Source of the DNA: Phycisphaera mikurensis NBRC 102666
GTDB lineage: Bacteria > Planctomycetota > Phycisphaerae > Phycisphaerales > Phycisphaeraceae
NCBI RefSeq assembly: GCF_000284115.1
Contig: NC_017081.1
Span: 1 to 32,000, forward strand
Direction: 5' to 3'
DNA: 32,000 nucleotides
The position numbers and the translations under genes are program-made. Below, piece by piece: positions 9,050 through 17,077 of the stretch (positions are counted from its first letter, which is position 1; each line of letters opens with the position of its first letter). The notes beneath the pieces were generated by a model. That model had not been told where the DNA came from and made no database searches. It saw nothing but the letters and a program-made list of their open reading frames with translations.

Positions 9050-10030
9050 TCACTCGGGGCCGGTCTTTCGGTCCTCCGCCGCCGGGCGGATCAGGTCAAC
9101 CGCCTTCTGCGCAGCGCCCGCCGCCTTCAGGAAGAAGCCGCTGTCGGTCTGCATCCGGTCCAGCCAGCCAGCGACGTACGCGGCGCTCATCTCCTCGGTG
9201 ACCGGGGCAATCCCGCAGTGAGCACAGAGCAGGGACGCCGCCAGCTCCGCGACCATCTCCTCCTCGGCGTAAGGATCCAGCAGTCCGGAGCCCGCCTCGG
9301 TGATGCCCCTGCGGCCCAGCCGCGACGCGTGCCCGGTGCTGTGCGCGATCTCGTGGAAGAGCGTTGAGAAGTAGGCCTCGGGCGTTTCGTAGCTCGCCAG
9401 CGGCGGCGTCACCACCACGTCGGTGCGGCAGTTGTAGTGCGGGGTGACCTCCATCTCCACGCACCCCGGGGCCCCGGGCGACCGCAGGAAGCCGGTCGCC
9501 ACCTCGGCGCAGGCCCGCAGCTCGGGCGGGCAGGCGTCGGGCTCCAGCGGGACCTCCCCCGGCGCGGCCTCGGTGTCCAGCCCGTCGACGTCCTCGACGT
9601 TGAAGACGTTGTATGTCTTGAGGAAGGCCACCCGCTTCTTCTCCCCGCTGGGGTTCTTCTTGTCCTCCTTCTCCATGAAGTTCCAGAAAACGATGGGCAC
9701 GCTCTTGGATCCGGCCCGCACCTGCCCCCCGGCTTGAGCCGCCTGGCGGTAGGTCATCCACAGCGGCCGGGTGAAGCCGCGCTTCCGCTCGGCGAGCCAG
9801 AGCAGGAAGACGTTCACGCCCCGGTACTTCTTCCCGGTGACGAGGTTGGCCGGCAGGAATCCCGACTCGGTGCCGGTGTGCTGGGGCCGCCACGGGACGG
9901 TTCCCGCCGTCAAGGCCTCCACGATTCGGTCGGTGACCTCTTGGGCGATGTCCCGGCGGGGCTTGGGGGCGTCCTTGCGGGCGGGCTTGCGGGTGCGGGT
10001 GCTGGACGATCGGGAAACGGAAGCGGACAC
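9050..10030 (-). CDS. ardC-like: ArdC-like antirestriction protein with zincin-like metallopeptidase
   Basis: N-terminal ssDNA-binding-like domain (VTDRIVEALTAGTVPWRPQ...LVTGKKYRGVNVFLLWLA; FTRPLWMTYRQAAQAGGQVRAGSKS) and YFSTLFHEIAHSTGH (HExxH) with EEEMVAELAASLLC. Confidence 0.93.
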   Translation of the reverse strand: MSASVSRSSSTRTRKPARKDAPKPRRDIAQEVTDRIVEALTAGTVPWRPQHTGTESGFLPANLVTGKKYRGVNVFLLWLAERKRGFTRPLWMTYRQAAQAGGQVRAGSKSVPIVFWNFMEKEDKKNPSGEKKRVAFLKTYNVFNVEDVDGLDTEAAPGEVPLEPDACPPELRACAEVATGFLRSPGAPGCVEMEVTPHYNCRTDVVVTPPLASYETPEAYFSTLFHEIAHSTGHASRLGRRGITEAGSGLLDPYAEEEMVAELAASLLCAHCGIAPVTEEMSAAYVAGWLDRMQTDSGFFLKAAGAAQKAVDLIRPAAEDRKTGPE

Positions 10031-10097
10031 GGCGAACTCCTGGAGCCCACAAGGGGCGGGATGAATCGCAGGGGCTACGCGTGTCGCTGCACGCTCC

Positions 10098-10142
10098 GGG
10101 CCAAGCCATTGCTTTTGGCCCTCCCTGCGCAGGCAGGGAGGG
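10098..10142 (-). promoter_or_regulatory. Conserved 5' leader hairpins of ardC-like gene
   Basis: GGGCCAA(10098-10104)/TTGGCCC(10115-10121) and CCCTCCCTGC(10119-10128)/GCAGGGAGGG(10133-10142). Confidence 0.6.
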
Positions 10143-10179
10143 AGGGCCAACAGCAACCAACACAGGGGGCTCTCCCGGG

Positions 10180-10330
10180 GCGAAGCGACCGAGAGGCGGG
10201 AACGGCATGACGGAGCGGGACGGGGCCTCTGGGATCTGATCGCCCCAGCCGACGCAGTCGGCTCGGGCGACCGCGAAGCGGCGGGTCAGATCACGAGCCC
10301 CTCGCCCCGCGACGGCGGGACGTTCAGGCC
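10180..10330. repeat. Dispersed structured repeat family, copy B
   Basis: gcgaagcgaccgagaggcgggaacggcatgacggag...GATCTGA (10233-10239)...TCAGATC (10286-10292)...gcgacggcgggacgttcaggcc. Confidence 0.7.
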
Positions 10331-10923
10331 GTCAGGGAGTGCAGCCACGGGTGGGCCCCGGCTTGCCGGCTCCGCCGGCGGACCTCAGAAGGCGGGCGAA
10401 GCCCGCCCCGACGGCTGCCCGGCCGCGCCGGGTGTCCTCTGCTTGCGGCCCGGAAGCGGGAGCAACCGGGACTGGACGCCGCGCGGGGCCCAGAGGGGCC
10501 TCCGGGGGCGGGAAGCCCAGCCGGGAACCGGCTCGGCGGCCTGCGGAAGCAGGGCCCGCCCACGAGTCCCCCGCGCCGCCCCCGTGGCGGACGGCCCGGG
10601 GGCCGAGCGAGCAAACCCGCACCGGAACCCGCCCGGCGGCCACGCCGCCGGTCCGCTCCCCGGCCGGGCGACGGCCGCGGGGCTGGCCGTCCCCGGCGAG
10701 CCCCGCGGCCCCAAGCCGGGCCGCTTCCGCCCCCCAAGATCAACCGCCGCCCGGGCGGCCGGGCGATGTGCCTGCGCAGCGGGGACACGGCCCGGTCGCT
10801 CGGGCTTCCGAGGGCGGGCCACGTTGCCCGCACGCCTCCGGTGGGCGCTCCTCCGTGCCACTCCAGTCAAGACCCATCCGGAACCACCAGGCGGGATCCC
10901 GCCACCCCGCCCGGCCGCTGTCG

Positions 10924-11196
10924 TCAGTACTCGTCCGGGAACAGGATCGTCGTTGAGCTGCGGTCCGCTTCGGTGATGACGTAAACCTCGCCGTGGGGGG
11001 TGTCGAAGCGGCTGAGGACGCGGCCCCCGTGCTTCACCGCGAGGCGGTTGGCCTCGGCGTCATTGGGGCACAGAAGTCCAATGTCCCCCCGGAGGTGTCG
11101 CCGGAGGAGCCCGGCGAGATCTCTGATGGTGAAGATCTGCACCACACTGACGGTGGCGACAGTGCGGCCGAGCGGGAAGGCGCGGGTGGGGTTCAT
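10924..11196 (-). CDS. Small hypothetical protein of accessory-element type
   Basis: 90-aa protein MNPTRAFPLGRTVATVSVVQIFTIRDLAGLLRRHLRGDIGLLCPNDAEANRLAVKHGGRVLSRFDTPHGEVYVITEADRSSTTILFPDEY; coherent composition. Upstream part of the 238-aa ORF looks spurious. Confidence 0.75.
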   Translation of the reverse strand: MNPTRAFPLGRTVATVSVVQIFTIRDLAGLLRRHLRGDIGLLCPNDAEANRLAVKHGGRVLSRFDTPHGEVYVITEADRSSTTILFPDEY

Positions 11197-11245
11197 GGTC
11201 TGGGGTCTTCGGGTGGGGTGGGTGAGGAACACCCACGCGGAAGAC

Positions 11246-11265
11246 CGCCCCGCGGGAGCGGGGCG
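11246..11265. other. Perfect 8-bp stem hairpin CGCCCCGC-GGGA-GCGGGGCG between two small ORFs
   Basis: Direct read. Confidence 0.6.
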
Positions 11266-11338
11266 ATCGACCTCGGCGGAACGAAGAGAAACCGCGTGCC
11301 GGTGCCGCCGGCAGCGGATCCGGCCTGGGGCGGTGGGG

Positions 11339-11596
11339 TCAGTCCCCGCCGCCGGCTTCTTCTTGAGCCTCGTGGATCCAGTCGAAGGCCAGCGAGGCGA
11401 CCTTCTCGAGGATGGGCAGGTCCTGCAGCCCGAAGCTGGTGGAGTCCTTCCACTCCCCGTCGACCTGGTAGCCGCGGGAGAAGGTGGCTTGGTGCCGGAC
11501 GCCGCTCTGAGTCTCGTTGGCCCAGATGGCCGCCTTGATGGTGCCCACGCGGACGGTGTGGGCGGGACGGGTGGTGTTGCTGTGGTGCTTCGCCAT
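11339..11596 (-). CDS. Small hypothetical protein
   Basis: MAKHHSNTTRPAHTVRVGTIKAAIWANETQSGVRHQATFSRGYQVDGEWKDSTSFGLQDLPILEKVASLAFDWIHEAQEEAGGGD; internal ATG chosen, upstream extension is over the repeat element. Confidence 0.78.
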   Translation of the reverse strand: MAKHHSNTTRPAHTVRVGTIKAAIWANETQSGVRHQATFSRGYQVDGEWKDSTSFGLQDLPILEKVASLAFDWIHEAQEEAGGGD

Positions 11597-11702
11597 GAGA
11601 GGGTTTCCTTTCGGAGGGGGGTGAGGGGGTCCGTACGCAAGAACGGCGGGCCCCCTCACCCCCCGGGAGGAAACCGCCGGCGGGTCCGCCGCGGGCGAGA
11701 CC

Positions 11703-11850
11703 GGCGCAGCGACCGGAGGCGGGAGCGGCGTGCCGGAGGCGAGGGTGTGCCGGGAATCTGATCGCCCCCAGTCATGGGGAGCGACCCGAGCGCAGAGAGG
11801 GCGGGTCCGATTCCGGGTGCTCCCGCAGCCGACGGCGGGACGCTCAGGCC
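11703..11850. repeat. Dispersed structured repeat family, copy C
   Basis: ggcgcagcgaccggaggcgggagcggcgtgccggag...GGAATCTGATCGCCCC...GGTCCGATTCC...gccgacggcgggacgctcaggcc. Confidence 0.7.
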
Positions 11851-12319
11851 GGATGGGAAGCGCAGCGGGCTCGACCGTGGAGGCCACGCCGGCACAGGCG
11901 AAGCACGACGTCGCCCCCGCACGTCCTGCCACATCCTCGTGGTGCTCTCTCACCCGGCCGGCTCGTGCAACGCGACCCGGCGGTCGACTTCAAAACGCTC
12001 TCGCGTGGTGACGTGACGGGGGCAAAGGCTCCGCCCGCTCGCGCTCCTCACCGCCCATCCAGAAGATGGCCCGGCCTTCACGATCCACGCGTCGTGGGCT
12101 TTGACGGTGGGGCGGTCCTGCAGGCCGCACGGCCGGGGTTGCAGTTGGTGGCCTTTGCCCGGCGCCCCTCTCCATCGGGTGGTCGATCGTCCCGCTCTCG
12201 CGGGGCGGCGCAGCCTCTTCTTCGCCCATCCCGCTCGGAGCAGCCGGGTCAGATTCAACCCGCGTCGACCGATCATTCGTCCGCCACCTTGTTGTTTCGA
12301 GAGCGACCCTCCACGAAGT

Positions 12320-12511
12320 TTGCTGGTCGCCGCGCTCGGGTTCGTGCCCATGTCGATCGCCACCGTCAGCGGAGCCGAGGTGCAGAAGTCGCTGGCCGCC
12401 GTCGTCATCGGCGGGGCCGTCAGCACCACCCTGCTGATGCTGGTCGTGCTTCCGGCGATCTGCCGGATCTGGCTTCCGATCGACCCAAGGGTTCCGCGGG
12501 GACCCAGTTGA
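12320..12511 (+). pseudogene. Truncated C-terminus of a CzcA-like RND efflux pump
   Basis: Encodes SLLVAALGFVPMSIATVSGAEVQKSLAAVVIGGAVSTTLLMLVVLPAICRIWLPI, matching the CzcA GFlPM...GaEVQrplAtVVIGG...tLLtLlvLP region, with no upstream RND sequence. Confidence 0.8.
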
Positions 12512-12536
12512 GCGACCGCGAGCCAACGATGAGGCA

Positions 12537-14258
12537 ATGCCACGGCTCCAGCACCTCTCCAGCGGCGACCGCAACTGCCGGTTCATGCCCGTCGACCGGC
12601 GGGTGCCTTTCCGACTCAGTGCGTTCTGGCGGCACCTCGACGACCTCGGGCTGACCCATCCAGACCGGCTGGATCCGGAGCGTCTGATCCGGCGTGGTTG
12701 GCTCCGCCCTCTGTTCACCCTCTCCGCGGAGAAGGCTGGCTCTGAGGACGCCCCCAGCCGGGTCGATCTCTGGCTCGGCACCCGCCTCGGCGACCGCTTC
12801 GACTCCTTTGCAGGCGACTGGTGGTCGGCTGACCTGGACCGGGTCGAAGACCCCGACACCGACGCGATCCTGGCGGCCGGCCGGGAGCCGACCGCCCCCC
12901 AAGCGGGCGAAGAAGACGATTGGCACGCGGACCGGATCGAGGTCTACCGGTACCACCAGGCCTTCCTGGTTGCCGATTTGCAGGAGCGCTGCACGTCCCG
13001 GAGCGACCCCCTCGCGTGCGATCTCGACGGGGCGCACGCGGCGCTGCAAAGCAACCAGCAGCGTCAAGCCCGCGAAGCCGCTGCCGTTCGAAAGCAGTGG
13101 GCAGACATCGCACCCGTCCTCGACCGCGTCTCGCTCTGGCGGACCGCCGTGAGCACCCACGCATTCCCGGGCCTGACGCCGGCGGACGGATCCGACGCCT
13201 GGGTCTGGGCCGACGCGGAAGCCGACCTGCTCGCTCGCGACGCCGAGACCGGCGCGGCGTGGGAGGAGGACATCCGCGCCGCGTACCTGACGACCTGGGA
13301 GCGGTGGCGGAGGATGCTCCCCGGGGGGCCGCTCGCCTCCCCCAAGCTCGTCGGCCTGTTCCGCCAGGACGTGCAGCACGCGATCGCGGCTGCAGAGACC
13401 ACCACCGGGCAAAGCGTCGACTTCCTCGACGAAACTTGGGACTACGGGCGCCCCTGGCACGCGGACGCGAGCAGGGGTCGCCGCTCCTGGGCGAGGCTGC
13501 TGGAGGTGCTGCCCTTCGAAGAAGACGTCGCGATGGTGGAGTTTCCCGTGCGGGCCCGCATCTACCTCCGCGGCCTCCAGCACATGGCGTGTCGAACGCT
13601 CGACGAGACCGACCTCTTCCAGGCCGTCTCGCCGGTCCGGCACCGGCCACTCGTCAACCGCATCCTCCTGAGCTTCCGCCGCACGCACGAGGACCTCGAT
13701 GTGAGTCTCAGCAGCGACCCGAGAGCCGTCCTCCCAGCGAAGGAGCGGATCACCAGCATCCACCAGACCCTCCTTGACCTCGAGAAGGCGCTCATCGCCT
13801 GGAGCATCCGGGTCACGAACCCGGCGAAGGAGCCAGACCTCAGAAAGTGCATGAAGCAACTGCTCGGATTCATGCTGGACCAGCAGGGCTGGTCTGGTGG
13901 GGAGATCGCCACCCGGAAGGGACAGCTCGAGAAGCTCTGCGAGGGACGCAGTGGGAGCAAGGCGCACATCACAGGCGAGCTTCCGCTCATCGACATGGCC
14001 GATGTTCCGCAGGCGCCGCCGGCGTTGCAGGAGTTCTTCATCGCCGCGGTCAACTTCCTCGTGGGCCGGAACCACGCCGCGCACAGCTCCAGCGTCGATC
14101 GATCCATCATCTATGTGCAAAAGGACGAGGAGCGGGACGAGCACGTCGGCGGGCGGATCCTCACCGGCGCTCTCGTGGTGTTCATGGAGCTGACGGCCGC
14201 CCTCGCTGAGGAGGCGGGAACGGCTGCTACCGGCACCGGTGGTGAAGCCTGCTCCTGA
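12537..14258 (+). CDS. Large hypothetical protein with C-terminal HEPN-type RNxxxH motif
   Basis: 573-aa ORF; C-terminal FIAAVNFLVGRNHAAHSS followed by a helix. Start could be 12585 (MPVDRRVPF...). Confidence 0.75.
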   Translation: MPRLQHLSSGDRNCRFMPVDRRVPFRLSAFWRHLDDLGLTHPDRLDPERLIRRGWLRPLFTLSAEKAGSEDAPSRVDLWLGTRLGDRFDSFAGDWWSADLDRVEDPDTDAILAAGREPTAPQAGEEDDWHADRIEVYRYHQAFLVADLQERCTSRSDPLACDLDGAHAALQSNQQRQAREAAAVRKQWADIAPVLDRVSLWRTAVSTHAFPGLTPADGSDAWVWADAEADLLARDAETGAAWEEDIRAAYLTTWERWRRMLPGGPLASPKLVGLFRQDVQHAIAAAETTTGQSVDFLDETWDYGRPWHADASRGRRSWARLLEVLPFEEDVAMVEFPVRARIYLRGLQHMACRTLDETDLFQAVSPVRHRPLVNRILLSFRRTHEDLDVSLSSDPRAVLPAKERITSIHQTLLDLEKALIAWSIRVTNPAKEPDLRKCMKQLLGFMLDQQGWSGGEIATRKGQLEKLCEGRSGSKAHITGELPLIDMADVPQAPPALQEFFIAAVNFLVGRNHAAHSSSVDRSIIYVQKDEERDEHVGGRILTGALVVFMELTAALAEEAGTAATGTGGEACS

Positions 14259-14312
14259 CGGCCTCTCGGACCGCGATCGCTGCCCCTCATTCGCCGGAGT
14301 ACCTTCGGAAGG

Positions 14313-14738
14313 ATGCCGAAGAGGACGACCCTGCTTGCTCCGAGGCTGCTGCTCGCCGTGCCGCTCGCGCTGGCGATCGCGGGTGTTCTCCTCTCCCCGT
14401 GGTTCGACGAGCCCACCATCTCAACGGTGACCAGCGCGGGCTTCGTCGTACACGCTTCGGAAGCCTCCTCCGGTGTGGCCGGGCGGCTGGAAGACGCTCC
14501 GGCCGCGGCGCCGCGTCCGGGGTGGCTGGCCGCACACCACGCGGTCGTCGCTTCGAACGATCCCGGCGCGACCCGAGACGCGAAGCGTGTCCTCCTGCTC
14601 TTCGGCCTGGCCGCGGCGCTGGTGATCGTCCTCGTCGCGCCGGTGTCCCGCGGGTCTCCGTCGCTGGGGCCTTGGCTCCCGCCATCCCCTCACGGCCGGG
14701 TCGTGGAGGCACCGCCCGCACCGAACTTCCATCCGTGA
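14313..14738 (+). CDS. Small protein with two predicted TM segments
   Basis: LLLAVPLALAIAGVLLSPW and KRVLLLFGLAAALVIVLVAPV; SD-like cggaagg upstream of the ATG. Confidence 0.55.
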   Translation: MPKRTTLLAPRLLLAVPLALAIAGVLLSPWFDEPTISTVTSAGFVVHASEASSGVAGRLEDAPAAAPRPGWLAAHHAVVASNDPGATRDAKRVLLLFGLAAALVIVLVAPVSRGSPSLGPWLPPSPHGRVVEAPPAPNFHP

Positions 14739-14996
14739 GGCCTGAGCCCCTCGCACCGGGCCGAAGCCCGGCGCGTCGAGACACCTTCATCGTCCGGACC
14801 GCACGACATCCTCTGAATTTGCTTCTTGGCTTCACGGGCGACCTTGGGATCCGAGCGGCGGCATCGAGCTTGATCGCCACCGATCTGCCCGGCTGCGCGG
14901 GGAGGCCGTACGTCGACACCGTCGACCTGAAGATGGAGGTCCGGGCGGAAGCACGAGCGGCCCGAGCCGCTCCCGACGGAGCGGCGAGCAACAGAC

Positions 14997-15090
14997 GAGC
15001 CGACGGCGAGGCATGACGGCGCGCCAGAAGAGAAGGGCGGTGGACCGGTGCAGCCAGCCGGACCCCGGAGGCGGCGTTCCTTTCCTCTCT
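14997..15090. repeat. Dispersed repeat family, partial copy D
   Basis: gagccgacggcgaggcatgacggcgcg...gggcggtggaccggtgcagccagccgga...ggcggcgttccttt aligns with 8491-8580. Confidence 0.65.
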
Positions 15091-15199
15091 GCACAATGGA
15101 TTAGAGACTTGACCTCCGTTCCCGGCCCAGGAAGCGAGGCCTCACGCGGCTCAATCCATAAACGCCTGCGCGTGACCGGCGTCCTTGGCTTCCACTGCA

Positions 15200-17038
15200 A
15201 TGATCGGCCGCATGGAGTACACCATCGAGCGGTTCATGTGGAGCTATCAGGCACACTTCCGCATGGCCGCGGAGTTTGCGGCCGAAGGCGTGGCGAAGCA
15301 ACTGGGTCTGGAGCTTGAGCCAGAGGTCTTCCTGGTGGGTCTGCGGGTCGAGGAGCCCGCGGCGGTTGTTCATGCGGCTTGCGTGGAGCCAGAGGATCAC
15401 CACTGGGCCGATTCGGCAAGCATGGATCACCTCGCCGAGGAGATCGAAGCGGAGGTCAAGCGGGACCCGGCTGCGGAGATGTTCATCAGCCACCCCGTTG
15501 GGGCACGGCGTTACGCGGAGGGGCTGCGTGCCGCCGCCGTGCGGCGCCTCATCCTCGGACACCTCGAAGCCTGCGACCACCGGCCGCCCGGCCGACGCAT
15601 CCTCGTGTCCGGGGCGGTCCGCCGCGACGACCACTGGATCTGCATGGTGTTGACCGTGGACGAGCGGGTGTGGGAGGCCGTGCCCTCCATCGAGATGACC
15701 GGGCGGGAGGACCACCGCGGCAGCGTGTACCACGTCCCCGCGAGCCTCGCCGAAGCGGCGGTGAGGGAACTCTTCGCCGAAGTCTCGCGTGCTTTGACGA
15801 TGCCCGATGCCGGATCGGATCTGCACTTCCTCGACGCCTACGACGAACTCCTTCGAAGGGCTGGCGCGCGGTTCTTCTTCGGGCTGATCTCCCGGGGAGG
15901 CTTCGGGCAGCGGGGTGACACGCGGCAGTTTGCCGCTCTCGACGGTCTCTCGCTCGCGGCCTATGAGAAGCAGGAGGCCCGGGGGCGCATCGTCTTGCTC
16001 GGGCCCCTCGCGGCCGCGTCCGACGACGCATGGGCACCGCCTCTTTCGATCCGGTTCCGGGAGCCCCTCTCGATCCACAACCTCCGCGGCCTGCGGAAGG
16101 TGCTTTCCCTCACCAATGATTCCACCGCCGCGGTCTGCACGCCGGACGGTGTGATCGGCACCGCGTCCGGAGTGGGGAGCGCCGAGCCCGTTGCCGGCCG
16201 GCCGGTTCTGGCGTGCTTTGAGGGCCGAGCGGCGTGGAGCGTCCACGCGGAGGGCCGGGAGCTGATGCGGATTGAAGACGGCCGCCCCGGGCTTCCCGCT
16301 CAGCCTCTTGAACCCGTCGACTTCGCCTTCGAGCTCCGCCGGCGGGTGCCGGGGCTCGGGCGGCAAGACGCGGACGCTCTTGCCGGCCTTGCCACGACGC
16401 TCGCTGGCGCCGACCACGGGGCCGTGCTGGTGGTGACACCCGACGCGGCGGCGGAAGCGGGGCGGCTGCAGGCGACCTCATTGCCCATCGAGCCTGTCAC
16501 GTTGACCGAGCCACTGGCGCTGACCTTCGCCGGCATCGACGGGGCCACCCTCTGCGACGCCCGGATGCAGGTGCACGCCATCGGTGTGATCCTCGACGGG
16601 CTCGCCACCGAGAAGGGCGATCCCGCCCGCGGCGCCCGCCTCAACGCGACTCTGCGGTACGTCGAGTCGAGCCCGGGGCGTCGCTGCGCCATGGTGGTTT
16701 CGGAGGACGGAGGGATCGAACTGCTCCCGAAGCTCAAGCCAGCCGTCCACCCCGAGGAACGCCGTGCGGCTCTTGCCGAGCTGGCGCGGCTAGCCGACGA
16801 TGACCCCGAGCGTCACGCCCGCAAAGATGAGCTGGCGGCCATTGAGCGCGTCCGGCGTTGCGCTCACACGCTCGAAGATGATCACTGCGCAGCCGCAAAC
16901 CGGGACCTCGCGTCCATCGAGAGCCGATTCTACAAGGACGCCGAGTTCAAGATCACGACGCCGCCTTGGCGGGTGGACCCGTCTTTTGCGCCGGAGCGAG
17001 ACCTGCGAGAAGACGCGCCGCGAACCACGCAAGACTGA
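15200..17038 (+). CDS. Divergent diadenylate-cyclase-like (DisA_N/DAC) protein with large N-terminal putative sensor region
   Basis: HGAVLVVTPDAAAEAGRL, FAGIDGATLCDARMQVHAIGVILDG (DGA motif), RGARLNATLRYVESSPGRRCAMVVSEDGGIELLP (position of the RHR motif). ATG alternatives at 15200/15212. Confidence 0.8.
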   Translation: MIGRMEYTIERFMWSYQAHFRMAAEFAAEGVAKQLGLELEPEVFLVGLRVEEPAAVVHAACVEPEDHHWADSASMDHLAEEIEAEVKRDPAAEMFISHPVGARRYAEGLRAAAVRRLILGHLEACDHRPPGRRILVSGAVRRDDHWICMVLTVDERVWEAVPSIEMTGREDHRGSVYHVPASLAEAAVRELFAEVSRALTMPDAGSDLHFLDAYDELLRRAGARFFFGLISRGGFGQRGDTRQFAALDGLSLAAYEKQEARGRIVLLGPLAAASDDAWAPPLSIRFREPLSIHNLRGLRKVLSLTNDSTAAVCTPDGVIGTASGVGSAEPVAGRPVLACFEGRAAWSVHAEGRELMRIEDGRPGLPAQPLEPVDFAFELRRRVPGLGRQDADALAGLATTLAGADHGAVLVVTPDAAAEAGRLQATSLPIEPVTLTEPLALTFAGIDGATLCDARMQVHAIGVILDGLATEKGDPARGARLNATLRYVESSPGRRCAMVVSEDGGIELLPKLKPAVHPEERRAALAELARLADDDPERHARKDELAAIERVRRCAHTLEDDHCAAANRDLASIESRFYKDAEFKITTPPWRVDPSFAPERDLREDAPRTTQD

Positions 17039-17077
17039 AGAGCGACCTCGCCGGACCCAGGGCCAAGCACCGGTCGC

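Noticed and set aside
8373-11850. Repeat family as a CRISPR array or integron attC sites
   Set aside because: Copies are 1.5-2 kb apart, imperfect and lack spacer periodicity; no attC RYYYAAC/GTTRRRY core was identified and no integrase or cas gene is in the window.
12420-14144. 574-aa minus-strand ORF opposite the HEPN-motif gene
   Set aside because: Mirror-frame ORF with H/R/G/P-rich composition; the plus strand has the coherent protein.
15101-16417. 438-aa minus-strand ORF opposite the DAC-like gene
   Set aside because: The plus-strand frame carries recognisable DAC motifs; the minus frame looks like antisense noise.
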